From the human T2T-CHM13v2.0 reference genome, Homo sapiens: a stretch of DNA of 64,000 nt. Below are positions 42,110 to 56,734 of the stretch, one piece after another. Location: NCBI RefSeq assembly GCF_009914755.1, contig NC_060928.1; one strand, written 5' to 3'. Positions within the stretch are counted from its first letter, which is position 1, and every line of letters begins with the position of its first letter. A program made the translations under genes and the position numbers. Under the pieces are notes generated by a model. It was not told the origin of the DNA. It ran no database searches and worked only from the letters and a program-made list of their open reading frames with translations.

Positions 42110-42810
42110 CATGTATTCTCTTTAATCTCCATCACCCATTCCCTTTATTCCCCCTATCGTAAAAACAATCATCTTGTATATTTATATATTTAATGCATTT
42201 TGTCATAAATATGTAATTTGTTTTGTGTTAACTCATATATAAATACATTATTCTCTATTAAAGGTCTCATATGTTGCTTATTTTTTTCATTCAGCAAAAA
42301 GCTTTTAAGATCTATCTATTTAGACCATACATATCGATTCTTTTCCACCTGTTGTACAGAACTCCATGATCTATTCTACCATATTTTACCAGTTTACTCC
42401 CCTAGTGGTGACACAAGCAGATTATCACCCCTCCACGGCCAATAACACTGCAACTAACATCCTTGAGCATTTATTAAGGATATGTTCCCAAAAGCAGGAC
42501 TTTTAGACTACAGATAGGCACATACTAAATTTGATGTTCATTTTGAAGAACATTATTTAATCAATACTTTATTAAAACAATACTCTACTTGACATACTTT
42601 ATTTCTGGAATTCTAAATTTTAATATGACAAAAATTAATATGTATTATATTACCAATTATAATAAAATACTCCCCATGAGGCATTGTCTTACTTTATTAC
42701 GTCCTATTCCACAAGACAATTTCCTGTATCTTCTGATATAAGAGCCAGATTCCTTTTGAGGATGTGACAATGTCTGTACCATTTTACAGTTCTAACAGCA
42801 GAATAACTAC
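42110..42810 (-). mobile_element. L1ME-like 3' fragment containing a 200-bp local copy
   Basis: ccatattttaccagtttactcccctagtg; ctgcaactaacatccttg; catactaaatttga...gccagatt...ttttacagttctaacagcag. Confidence 0.6.
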
Positions 42811-42871
42811 AGTACATTCTGCCATTTGGAAAAAGAAGAGAGGTAAACTGGTCTACAGAAAATCAAATATT

Positions 42872-43178
<307 letters not shown>

Positions 43179-43439
43179 TCAAATATTATGGGCAGATGTT
43201 GCAAATATCCCATTCCACAGGGAAGGGAAATGCTGGATTAAGCCCTGATTCTGCTTCCTGAAAGAAATAACTATTCCATTGAACTCTGTAACCTCTTGCT
43301 CCATTTTCTGGAAGATTTCTCTGCATCCTTTAACCTACTCAGAGAATATCTAATTAAGTGAACATTTGGGCACCCAACAGTTATTTTTATTCTCATACAG
43401 TGGGCTTGGTTAAATCTTCAACCGTGACTAACTTGTAGT

Positions 43440-44160
43440 TGACAATGCTTGGAGTTATGATTTCTTTGGTAGTACAAATCTCTTACAAGCTTAGTTGGCT
43501 TCTAGATATTTGATTCCTGTCAGCTCCATTTGCAAATATCCACATCTGCAAATATCCAGACATTCTTCTTATATTTCATCTATTTCTCTGTTTGCCTGCC
43601 CCCAGGCTTCTGCTCTCTCTCAACTAAATCATAGGCAACTTGGCCACATAAGTAGGAGAACAGCCACACTTTCACTCTGCTTTCTCTGAGCTGCTTTGTC
43701 TAATTGGAAGAATCTATTGGATGCCAACTTAGTTTATTAAAGGATCTTATCAATGGTTGTGCAATCCAAACTTTTTTTAGTAATCTTTGCTGGATGACTA
43801 GTTTGAATATTTTTTATGTCAAAGATCTGTTTTATTCCATTTTTTAGTGTTTGAGATAAAGAGGCAGTTGGCTTTCCAATCCAAAATATCCCTGAGTTTC
43901 TGAATTACACTTCTTTTCTTGCCTGCTTCAAAGTAACCAATCCTTTTCCGAGCTCAGCTTCTTGTAACACCCAGCCACAATGAACATTAAATGCTTCCAG
44001 CATTCTTTTCTGCAACCTGTTCCCTCAAGGTACAAGTTAATTAAGGTGACAGTTTTACCAAATGTTTCGCCAATACAGGACTTGCATCAACATCCTTCCA
44101 GGCTCCGATAACAGTTTTCTCTTTGTCCATTTCTTGTTTCCTAAGCCAATACCACATGGC
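43440..44160 (-). mobile_element. MLT1 internal-region fragment
   Basis: Minus-strand ORF remnant KTVIGAWKDVDASPVLAKHLVKLSP resembles the MaLR internal ORF as recalled. Confidence 0.5.
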
Positions 44161-44199
44161 TATACTAAGCCATAACCAATGACAGTGACTAAAAAACAA

Positions 44200-44525
44200 T
44201 AATGTTAATTTCTTGATCATGTTATATATGCATAGTGAATCCACTAGAGGCTGTGCTCTATGTCCTTATTTCACATTTGAAATGGCAAGAGCAGCCACTA
44301 CCTGGACCATTACTAATGGTGGTAGCAGAAGAAAAGAAATCTAGGGTCTTGTTCCGGCAATTAAATGTCTGGCCTAGAAGTGACACTTTCTACTTCCTCA
44401 CAATGTATTGGCTAAAACAAATTCCATGGCCTCACCTGCTCAGAGAACCTGAAAGACAATGGATCCACGTGTTTATAAGGTGGAGAATTGCGACAAAGTA
44501 ATTGGTGAACAATCTACTACAATTA
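44200..44525 (-). mobile_element. Old MLT1 LTR
   Basis: ggcctagaagtgacac...cacaatgtattggctaaaacaaattccatggcc. Confidence 0.6.
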
Positions 44526-44627
44526 TAAAGTAAGATTTTCTTAGGAATTTTAAGATGGCTTAACTATAAAAATCTATCAGCATATAAGACAGGATTCTGT
44601 ATAGAACATAGAAGACCCTCTGCTTTC

Positions 44628-45033
44628 TGTATTAGGTCATTCTTGCACTGCAATACAGAAATACTGGAGACTCGGTAATTTAGAGGAAAAGAGATTTAAT
44701 TGGCTTACAGTAATGCAGGGTGTACAGGAAGCATGGTGGCATCTGGTTTTGTGGAGGCCTCAGAAAGCTTTTATTCAAGGTGGAAGGTGAAGTGGAAGTT
44801 TGCCTTTGCCACATAGTCAAAGCAGGAAACAGAGAGATAATAGGGGCTGGGGGGAGATGCCACACACTTTTAAATAATTGGGTCTCACAATAACTCACTA
44901 TCATAAAGACAGCACCAAACCATTAGGGATCTGCCGCCATGATCCAAATACCTCCTACCAGGCCCCACTTCCAGAACTGGGGATTGCAATTCAACATGAT
45001 ATTTAGGCAGGGAGAAATATCCAAGCTCTATCA
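44628..45033 (-). mobile_element. MSTA-like MaLR LTR
   Basis: tgtattaggtcattcttgcactgc...caggaagcatggtggcatctg...atccaagctctatca. Confidence 0.9.
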
Positions 45034-46539
45034 ATTCCAAATATAAAGTTGTTGAATGCTGGAGACTAAAAGCTAATATAATTTTTGAAAGGTCTGATGG
45101 AGTAAAGAACAGAGGAGTTTCCACCAAAAGTCACAGCCCACATGATGAAGTCAAGTAATTTTGAAAATAATTTACCTGTGACCTGCTGCTGCAAATCTAA
45201 AGAATCACTGGCAATATCTTCTACTTTACTCAAATGCCATTAAGAAGCACCTAATTCTCAATAATCTCTCCTGACAGCTGCTTCAAATACCACATTTGTG
45301 CATTGTATGTTTGCAAATATCTACTCAGAACAATACCTCTCTTTTCTTATGCTTTTGACATCTCCTGTGAAGTCTGTTCATAGGCAGCCTTTAACCTACA
45401 ACACAAGCTAGATGAAGGAGATTCTGGGAAATAACAGATTCTAATTACTCCTTTGTGAGGCAGAAAGGTATCTTAGAAGGGACTAATATTACGCTTTGTT
45501 GACAACAGGCAATTCAGCATGTATGTAAAACTATGTGATCATATGACTAGATAGAGAAAAAGCATTTGATGAATACCATCATTCATTCTAATATAAAAAG
45601 GAAAAACACCTTAGCCATAAACAATAAAGAACGATCATAGGTAAATTCTATTTATCAGAAAGTCATCAAAAACATCATTCTTAATGGTTAAAAAGTAGAA
45701 GCCTTCACATTAAAATAAGAAATAAGAGAGGGATATCCACTGTCATAACAATACAATATTTTACCCAATAGCCTTAACATTCATGCCTTCATGGGTGAAT
45801 GCTCTAGTCTAAATATCTGTCCCCCACAGGGATTGTTAGTTAGCCTAGTTAACGTTTTCACTTGGATGATTGATGACCATCCGACATTGAACTTGTAAAA
45901 TAGAACTTTTGATTTGCCTCTAACACTTTTTCTCCCATTGCTCTGGTTCTCTATTGCTGTATAATAAGCCATGCCAATAGCTGTAAGCACACTTACTGAT
46001 TGACTGATTATTTCATGGTTTTGTGACTCAGATGACTACTCTCAGCTGAGTGTTTTTGCTCAGGAACTCCCACGTGGTTGCAGTCATAGTGTCTGGGGTA
46101 AGAGATATTTGAAATATCACCATAGGTATACTTTTAAAGCCCTGTCCATCTTTATGTTTACATTATTCATTTCATCTCATACTTGTAAGTTTGTTGCTCT
46201 GATTACAATTATAATTGGCAATTTAATACACATTTCTAATAATATTTAATTATTAATAAATGAGTAACAAGTTTATGATTTGTTATGTTTGTACTGTCAT
46301 TGATAAAGTAATATCAAATATTTCATTTCTCTTTGCACTATTATAATATCATGACCAATAATTTGTCATTCATGTCAAGATAATAACTTTTTTCTTAACA
46401 TATTCAGAAAGTGATACCATATAGGCATATCTTTGAGACATATGTACATATATTTTAATATAAATTTAATGAACAATCTTTACGAAGTGAGCAAAAGAAA
46501 GGTATCATGCATAATCACAGGACATGCTAATGTAAAATA

Positions 46540-47230
46540 TTAAATTTTAGTGCATTTTCTTCCAGGAAAAAGTATGCATGTCTGTCTCTGTGATGAGATA
46601 CATAATTTTAAAAATTACAATAACATTTGACAGTTTGTATTATGTTCTCATTTTAATAAATTTTATATTTTATTATGTGATAATTTGTTCTAAATAATGC
46701 ATAAAATTATATTGTATTATTGCCGTTCTTTTATTTTGGTGTTATTTACTCAACTATTTCTTTAATAATGGACATTGTTTCTGATCCCATGGTTTTGCTA
46801 CCATTAATAATGCTACAATTCACATTTTCATGAATAATTCATTGTGAGCATTTCTGATTATTTCCTTAGGATATAGTTCTAAAAATGGAATAATTGGCTC
46901 AAAGTGTATGGGTATTTTAATGATCTGGATAAACATTGCCAAGTTGCCCTCCAGAAAGTTTACATATATTTGTATTCCCACAAGCAGTATATCAGACTAT
47001 CCATTTGCATTTCTTTAATTATAAGTCGTGTTGAGTATTTTAACACATTCATTAATAGTTTTAGTTTTTGAGTTTTCTGTATGGGTGAAGTTGGACCAGC
47101 TGGTGATTTACTCATTGTCTATTTTTCTTATTTATTTAGTTAAGATTTTAATTTTCTGAGTTATATTTATAGCAAATTGATTTTCAATTGCCATTTGTCT
47201 GTTAATATTATTAATATTTTAAAGTTGTAA
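46540..47230 (-). mobile_element. L1ME-like 3' fragment
   Basis: atttccttaggatatagttctaaaaatggaat; ttgccaagttgccctccagaaag; ttcccacaagcagtat. Confidence 0.65.
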
Positions 47231-47423
47231 TACTTTAATATACATTTTTTCAAATTTTCACATTTTTTGTTTTACTTTTATCTTCCTGTCACTTATAATT
47301 ATTTCTATATCATGATATTATATATTTAGTTACATTTTTTGTTCATTTTTATGTTGTTAATTTTTATTTTATCAAATTAACATATATTTCATTTTATATT
47401 AAATTTCTCTGTAACTTACTATT

Positions 47424-47428
47424 GGTTA

Positions 47429-47471
<43 letters not shown>

Positions 47472-47557
47472 TTGAAATGGAGTCTCACTCTGTCACGCAG
47501 GCTGGAGAGCAGTGGCCCAATCTCGGCACACTGCAGCCTCTGCTGCCTGGGTTCAAT
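47424..47557 (-). mobile_element. Alu 3' fragment with (ATT)n tail
   Basis: (att)n then gaaatggagtctcactctgtcacgcaggctggag. Confidence 0.9.
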
Positions 47558-50500
47558 GACCCTTGTTTGAAACATTGATATGATTTATCAAGACATTAAG
47601 GGTTTTTCTATGGATCCTTATTAGGGACACATTTATAATTGTATCTGTGCCAGTTAGGGGTGAACATGGAAGGAAAAATATCAAATATAAAGTTTAAAAA
47701 GTTAAAAATATAACTTCTATTATTAATTCACCAAATATGTCTTAAGTATCAGCTTCTACTTTCATCTTGCAAACTACTTGTTGGAAGTTAGGCTCCATAT
47801 TTGAAACATTTTTAAACTTAACTTAGGAGATTACTGATTCTTCTTGACAAAGTTGATTTTGACAAAAAGTGAACATTGTAAAAATCTCCAATATAGATCT
47901 GATTTTGAATTACTTAAGTGTAGAATATTATGATTGTAGTCCATTGGCAATATTTCCCATAATATTCTAATATCTAGATGACATCATATTGCATTTCTTC
48001 CTTCTCCTCAACCAGATATTGGCTAATAGCTTCCTTCAGACCTTTTCTTTACATACGGTCACATAGAAAATTATTTAGACATGACTGATGCCTAGCAATG
48101 ACTAATTTACTCATAACATAAAATGATGATGATTATTCAGCAACTGACAGATTAAGGAGAGAGACATAAGCTTAATGAACTGGACTTATTTTATATTAAA
48201 ATTTGAAAGTATTTTTAAAGATTTGCCTTTAAAAAAGGTATTTTTGAAAAGCCTTTTCATACTTTTAATCCATCATCTTCATTGTTTTACCATGGTCTAT
48301 GACTTGCCTAGCATTAGCAATTGATCTGCACATACTGTTTTTTTCATCACAACCACCCACATATTTACATATTTATAGTAAGACTGTGATAATCTGGACA
48401 TCCCAGTGAGATTAAGTTAAGCAAAACTTACCTAAGCTACATTTTGCCCCAACTCTTTTTGTTTTTCTGATACTCTAGTCTTACCACTGAATAGTAACCC
48501 TGTTTGAGTTTTTAGTTTCTGGTTTCTCCCTGATTCACATATGCATCTGACTACAAAGTTTGTTGCCTGTTCATTTTTCTGCTCTCTAATTCTCTGGCAT
48601 CTGATTCTTAATTTTGAAAACGTATAGATGTTTATGTGGTATGACTCTAAATTTCAACTTGTATCCCCTTATGTCAGAATGCTAGAAATATATTCTTGTT
48701 AATGTCTCTGTGAAAAAAAAATACCAATGAAACTGTAATATATTCTGGACCTAACACCTATCTGAGGCTTAATTCATTAGATGGTTTATCAGTTGTTCAC
48801 TGAAAGAAGAAACTTGAGATAATTACTTAACAGAGGGTTAAATGTTGAGAAATATATGAAGGAATGAAGCAGAGGATGGGACTTCACAGCTCTTTACTGG
48901 GCATACCCGGCCTGTTACCTTCTATAGGGTAAAGAACTATAAGGAGGGAAAGAAGGGTAGCCCTACATGCATTTAAACACATTAACATCCATCTAATGAA
49001 GAAGTCGAGTGAATGATCTAAAGATAATTTCTGTTTAACAGCCAATTAATTTGTGAGGATATGGAAGAGTCACTGATAAATTTCTCTCACATCACAGATA
49101 GAATATTTTCACATCCTACTTCTGTGAAGACTGAACTTAGAGATATTTAAATCAAGTAAAAGTGGCACTGGAACGTAGAGCTTTAGATTATTTTTTCATG
49201 TGTGTGCATCTTTATAACCTATTCAAAATTAAAATGAATTTGACTTGTAAAAATATAAAATATAGGATGAAATAGTTTATGCAATATAAATAATTCCAAA
49301 GGGAAGAATGATCTCCTTCCTACATTTGTAAAGCAATCCCTGTTGTCCGTGTCTAAATTTTCCTAGACATCTGGTATGTCAAAAACTTTTGGATAAAGTT
49401 TGAACATTTTCCCACATACAATAGTATTCTGTGTCAAACCACCATGCCAGAAAGCTGGCATAGAGTAGGGCCTCTTTTGCAATAGGAGAGCTGCAAACTG
49501 CCACCAAGGCTTCTCTTCATCAAGGTGTATGATTTGGCAGATAGCTCACTAATTGGGCTTTATAGAGATTACTGTCTTCAGAGCTGCCAACTGATTGTGC
49601 TGTTTCATTCTCAGATATAATGGGAATGTCACAGCGTTTGATATTATCTGCCAACTCTCAGATAATTCCATGGACTCTGAAATAGACATGTATCTAAAGC
49701 AATCTGGACACAAACATCTAATATTTTATGAAAACAGTACGCAAAAGTTTATCATTGTTTATTTTTTAATAACTCGCAGAGATAAAAATAAGCCACTTGC
49801 CTCCTAGGCACATTATGGAAATAGATTAACTGTAGAAAGGCACATTGATCTCAGAAGAAGTTAATTTAATTTAAGTTTATGAAATTATTTTGATATCTAG
49901 GTACCACTATCTTTTGCAATTTTTCAAGTTTACAAACTTTTAATAAAAAGTGCATGCTTCTTTGAATTTTGTATCTACTCTCATTTTATAGGATCTGAAA
50001 GGTCTATGAAACTGTTTAAAAATTCCATTCCACCTCTGAAAATGACACGGAAATAGAAATTTTTATGATAACTATGTTCAAATCCATTTTTCTGTGTTAA
50101 ACATGGTTTTGAGTCTATAGCTTTATCTATGGCAATAAAGTCATTGCAGGAGAATATTCATTATTAGCTCCATTGGTCTTATTTCCTCCTAAATAATCAT
50201 TAGATAAGAGAAGAACTACTGAGATATTTATTTCACCTTTCTTTTAATGAAACACATTACTGATTTTAACATGCATCACTTATTAAGGCAGATGCTAATA
50301 ATCTCATGAGAAATAAAGACTGAATATACTGCAAATAAGCCCAATGTTAGAGCCAAAAGTAAACCTAGAAACAGGTTTGCTCACCCTCTCATTTTAAAAA
50401 CAAAAAAAAAAAATGAGGCTGCCACAGTAGTTCTCTATGTTAGGAAAGCGGGTCAATAATTCTTCTGAAATGCTATTTCACACAGAGGGGGTGGCGAGTG

Positions 50501-50563
50501 AAAATGTTATGTTTTCATTGTAAGGGAACTACAACAGCATCTTGAAGACTCGGGAAACAAGTA

Positions 50564-51050
<487 letters not shown>

Positions 51051-51569
51051 TATATGCCTTAAAATAATCTAATGCAAGATAAACAAAATACTATCCAAGT
51101 AAATAGGCCAAATATTTATCAAACCTCTTTTTGTCTTCCCAGAAAAATGCACAGTCATGTAAAAGATAATTTTTGCTCAGTTTTGCAGGGTTCATAGACC
51201 CCTATTTATTCCTCCAAATTCTTGTGCCCTAACTTATTATTAGTCTTTCATTACATTATTTATTGCAGGCTGCACAATAATTTAAACAAAAATTTGATGG
51301 TATTCTGTTGTGGCATGCTGTCATGAAAGGTATGTTTTCACTATTACAGACTGGTTAAACCGAGAAAGAAAATGTTGAAAGGAAGTTAAGCATCTTAGTA
51401 AGGGATAACACAGCATATCAAAACATAAAAATATTCTCAACAAGAGTATAAACAAATTGACCAATGGAGCATAACAGGGAGCCCAGAAACCATCCAAAGA
51501 CACAAAAACTGGATTTAAGACATGTAGTAGCCTTCCAATTCCATTTCTGCCCTCAGCCTCCCGCTGAAT

Positions 51570-53960
51570 AATTATTGTTTAGAAATTTCTTCATTGAATA
51601 GTTGTTCTTTCCTACTGAAAAGCCATACTACTTGTCCTATATCAGATGTCTATATATGTGTGCATCTATTTCTGGCCTCTCTTTCTGTTCCATTGATCAG
51701 TTTGTCTATCTTTCTACCAATACCACACTATGTTACTTACTCTAACTTCTAGAGGCAACTTGTACTTGGTATTACATCTCTTTTTTTTTTTTTGTCTTTT
51801 CCCAATGTAACTTAGCTGTGTACTTTTTCTTACAAAATTTATATCAATTTGTTAAATCCCATAAAAATTGTTTTTGCTATTCATTAGAGATGTTTTCTTG
51901 CTCCACTGGAGTGTTCTATGAACAACTGGGAAAAATTGACATTATTTAATATTAAGCCTTTTAAACATGGGATGTCTCCATTTTCTTAGGTGCCCTTGAA
52001 TGCTCTTTGTTACAGTTTCATTACTGATTCTAAACACACTCGGCATATCATTTGATAAATTTATTCCCAAATAAAGCATAGTAGTATTGCTATTGTAAAT
52101 TATGTCATATAATCTGTGATTCAAATGTTTTTTCAAAATATGTGATGTTCAGAAATAAATTTGACTTTTAAAATTTTATATCCATGGAACTTTCTAAAAT
52201 CCTCAGTTATAATACGTTTATAGTAAATTATCCATATATCTGTGAGTCCATGTGAAAAATCATTCATGACAAATAATGAAAGTTTCAGTTTTCTCTTTTC
52301 ATTTCCTATGCATGCATTGCACTCTATTTTCCTAGTAGCTCTGTAAAACCTCCAGTGAAAAACTGAATAGAAGATAGAGAGTATTTTAGTATTAATTATT
52401 CACTATTTTTAATGGGAATGTTGATAACATTTAACCACTTGTTTATTAATATCTTCAGTTGTATAGTTACTATTTCTCGAATTAAATATTTCCTTTTATT
52501 CGTTCAATAAAAAGTTAATTTGTCTTCTATGTATGAGGAACTATTCTTGGTGCCTGAGATATATCAATAAACAGAATAGGTTAAAATCCCTTTCTTTATG
52601 AAATTGACATTGTAGAGTAACTTGTTCAGGAATAGTCTTTGTTTCTTTGTTTTGTTTTTCTTAATTATTATTTTATATGAAATTGTATCAAAACCATTTT
52701 CTGTATCTATAAGAGGAATCACATTTTCCTTTTTTAATCTCTTAATGGAATTGACACTTTAAAATATAATATTCAAACCTTATTGAATATATAAGATAAT
52801 CCTAACTTAGTAAATACTGATATTTAAAAAAATACGTTCCAGACTTCAGTTTACTAATAGAGTAAGATTAAGAAAATGATACAAGCAGTTCTATACAGCT
52901 AGCTGGCAAAGAGTTTCAGAAGAATTTTCCTGAATAATTTAAGTACAGATCCAAATTTATTGGTATTATATGACAGTGGTTTTATAATGAGGTTTAAATA
53001 TGTGATGTATACATATGTAATTTTGTCATTTAGAAATGACAAACTCCTGGACTTCCAAGACAATAGCAGAGATTTCAGAAATATCGTAGTTCATTAAGGC
53101 TTGTATTATTGGCCCAATCAAGAGCTATTGGGCTGGGAAATGTCTAAATACACAAGGATCTAAACTCTGCGCTCCTGCTCCTTAAAATAGGATTTTATGC
53201 CTCTACTTCAGAAGTCCATTCCCTCTCTGCATTTTCCTCCCGCTCCTTAACAGATACACTTTTAATTTATTCATGAAGATAGGAACTGACTGTAGGATGA
53301 CTGTAACTCACCAGTTGGTTTGTTTTCTAATTTGTGTTATTGAAATTTTACCAAATGTATTTAGGAGGTTTGCTTCTATGTTCATGTTTCAAGTAAGCCT
53401 GTAATTATCATTTATCACACTTTCTTTTTGAGTATTGGTAATAAGGATTATTTTATTCCCAAAGAATGAGATGTAGAGTGTTTATTCCTTTTTATTTTTT
53501 TTGAAAAATCTGGTATAAGATCACATTGATATCTGTCTTGAAAATTTGAATTCAATATCCTCTAAAACTTAAAATTGTTGTTTTCTTTGTAAAAATATAT
53601 TAAAATATGGTTTCAGTTTATTTAACAAGTATAGCAACATTATTCGGTACTTTCATTTCTGTTGGAGTAAGATTTAAGAAATTAGACTATCTTATAGTTT
53701 TATTTCAATCTAATTTATCAAATGTATTGCCATAAATTGTTAATAGTATTCTCCTATCATTCTTATAATGTCTCCTATGGTTATGATTTTCTTTTTATTT
53801 ATAACTCTACTGACGTGGATTCTTTTCTCTTGGTTCACGTTTACAGAGATTGGTCTATTTTTCATCTTGCCAAAAAATTAACTTCTGTCTTTATTAATTT
53901 CTTATGTGCTTTCTAAATTTTATATTTCATTGATTCATAATTTTATTTTTATTTATTTTT
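51570..53960 (-). mobile_element. Ancient L1M ORF2 fragments
   Basis: ctgttccattgatcagtttgtctatc; gggaaaaattgacatt; tttgcttctatgttcatg (patchy). Confidence 0.6.
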
Positions 53961-55534
53961 TATGAAGTTATTATTTTTATTCCTTTCATGCTGCCACCAA
54001 CCTCCATTCTGTTCTCTTAGCCAGAAACTTGAAGTTATCTATGGTTCTTCTTAATGGACCCTCCATATGCATATTTTAATCTCATAAATGTACTTCAAAT
54101 CTATATACTACTGTCCCTCATCCTAAAAGGAACACCATAAATGTGGCTTCTATGCACTGAGTTATCTTTTTTCATTCATTTTATTAACTTTTCTTCAAGC
54201 TTTTAAGCTTCTCCTAAGAAATAAACCTTTTCTTCGTAGCGTTTATGCTACTTGTAATTTCTTATTCTTTTGTGAGTTATTTGAACAATGCTCTCTCACT
54301 AGACTTAAATCTTTAGTGACACTGGGACCCACTCTATCATATCACCAATATGATTGCATATCTGGATAATCAATAGATATATTTTAAATACATAAACACA
54401 TTAAAACATGGGAAAATAAACATGGCTACCACATAAAATTTTAGGAATTGAGATTTCAACTCTACAAAGTACATTTTAATTCAGATCAGTAGAAAATTGC
54501 TGCGTTTGGGAAGTAGTTTCTTAGCCAGTGGATAAAAATATCATACAGAAGATTCAAGAACCAGACAAGGATTAAACAGGTGTCTTTTATGATTATTCCA
54601 ATTTGAAGGTATTAGGATTAGCATCATGTAAAAAAAAGTTATAAAGGGAAAGGAAATAGAAACATTTACCATGAGAGAATTTTTATTCATTATATTCAGG
54701 GCACTTGATATGGTGAATCTTTTATCATCTAATTAGTAAAGTAATTGTACCCAGTTTATATGTGTTGAGTGAAAATGTGAAATCCCTTAGTGCAAGTTAT
54801 TAATTTAAAATGCTCTTTTATTTTCTTACTTATTCAAGTGTTATAATCATTAGGTCGATGACAAGTGATACACTGTTTACATGGCCTATATGGTTTTGCT
54901 GTATATTCTTCTCCAAAAAAAGAAAACAAAAATTATCATTAGAAGTGTCAGAACTGACACAACCAGAGAACTAGACACAGCTTATTTGAATAATGAGCAG
55001 GCAGTATTTTTATTTGGTTATATTGGTACTATTGGTAATATTGGATTTATCCTCAGGGTGCAGGGTTAAAAAATGAAGTTAAAAAAAAAAGAGTCTCCAT
55101 AGAGTTTATGTTGAAGAGTGGAATTGATGGATAATGTTTAGAAAATCTCAAGATGGTTGTTTTCGTTTCAGGTTTTATGTCACAGCCTTTGGGAAGAATC
55201 TTTAAAACTCTCATAGGCAACATGCTGCAAATGAAGTACACTCCTCTGCTTTAAAATATTATGAATGAAATGTTTTCGTCAGGTTGTTTCTCTAAGAAAA
55301 ATCAATCAACACTTTTATTAATGCAGATCAGACTATTTCCATACTAGGGTTTGCAAAAATTGTTACTTAAGGAACTTTTTTTTTATTGTTACTGCTTCAA
55401 AAGCATTTGAAATAACATAAATTGGCTCTTCAGAGATCCGTGAGAGCACTCTCCATGCCCAATGTCTGCTTCTTGAACTAGGGAACAAACAGATGAACAT
55501 AGCAACACAATTCATGAAAAGAAATGAATAATGT

Positions 55535-55713
55535 ATTTTATTATATTATATTATTATTATATTATTGAGTCAGGGTCTTCCCTTTTTGCCCAAGCTGGAG
55601 TACAGTGGTGGAATGATGGCTCATTGCAGCCTCAAACTCCTGGGCTCAAGCAATCCTCTCACCTCAGCTTCCTGAGTAGCTGGGGCTATAGATGCACACC
55701 ACCAGGCGTGGCT
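55535..55713 (-). mobile_element. Alu monomer (FRAM/FAM or AluJ right arm)
   Basis: gctcattgcagcctcaaactcctgggctcaagcaatcctc. Confidence 0.85.
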
Positions 55714-55729
55714 GAAGAGTGTTCTATTT

Positions 55730-56734
55730 TATCTTATTTTATTTTTTCTTCTTTTAGGTTCAAGGGGTACATGTGTAGGTTTGTTAAATGGGTAAACTGC
55801 ATACCACTGAGGCTTGATGTATGAATGATTTCATCACCTAAGTAATGAGCAGAGTACCTGACAGGTAGCCTTCCATTCCATTCTCCTCTCCCTTCTTCCC
55901 CCCTCAAGCAGTCCTCAATGTCTGTTGTTCCCATCTTTGTATCCATGTATATTTAATGATTAGCTCCCATGTGTAAGTGAGAACATGTGATATTTAGTTT
56001 TCTCTTCCTGTGTTAGTTCACTCAGGCTAATGGCCTCCAGCCACATCCATGTTGCTGCAAAGGACATGATTTGATTCATTTTTATGGCTGCCTAGTATTC
56101 TGCAGTGCCATATGTACCACATTTTCTTTATCCACTCCACTGTTAATAGGCATATTGGTTGATTCCATGGCTTTACTCTTGTAAATAGCACCGCAATGAA
56201 CATACGAGTGCATGTGCCTTTTTGGTAGAACAATTTATTCTCCTTTGGATGTATACCCAATAGTGGGAAAGAGCTTTTGCACAACAAAGGAAGCTATTGA
56301 CAGAGTAAACAGACAACCTTAAGAATAGGCGAACATATTCACGAGCTAGTCACCTGACAAAGGTCTAACACCCAGCATCTATAAGGAACTTAAACAAATC
56401 GGCAAGAGAAAAAACAAATAAAGCCATTAAAAATGGGCAAAGAATATGAACAGACACTTCTTAAAAGAAGACATACATGCAGATAACAAATATATAAAAA
56501 TATTAATCACTAATCATCAGAGAAATACAAATCAAAACCACAATGAGATACCATCTCACACTGGTCAGAATGTCTACTATTAGAAAGTCAGAAAACGACA
56601 GATGCTGGCAAGATTGCAGGGAAAAGGAAACATCACTTATACGCTGCTGATGGGAATGTAAATTAGTTCAGCCACCGTGGAAAGCAGTGTGGAGACTTTT
56701 CAAAGAACTTAAAACATATCTATCATTTGTCCCA
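55730..56734 (-). mobile_element. Old L1PA (PA13-16-like) with 5' inversion
   Basis: 3' end on minus 55730-56268, ORF2 on plus 56269-56734; TSD aagagtgt..tattttat. Confidence 0.9.
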
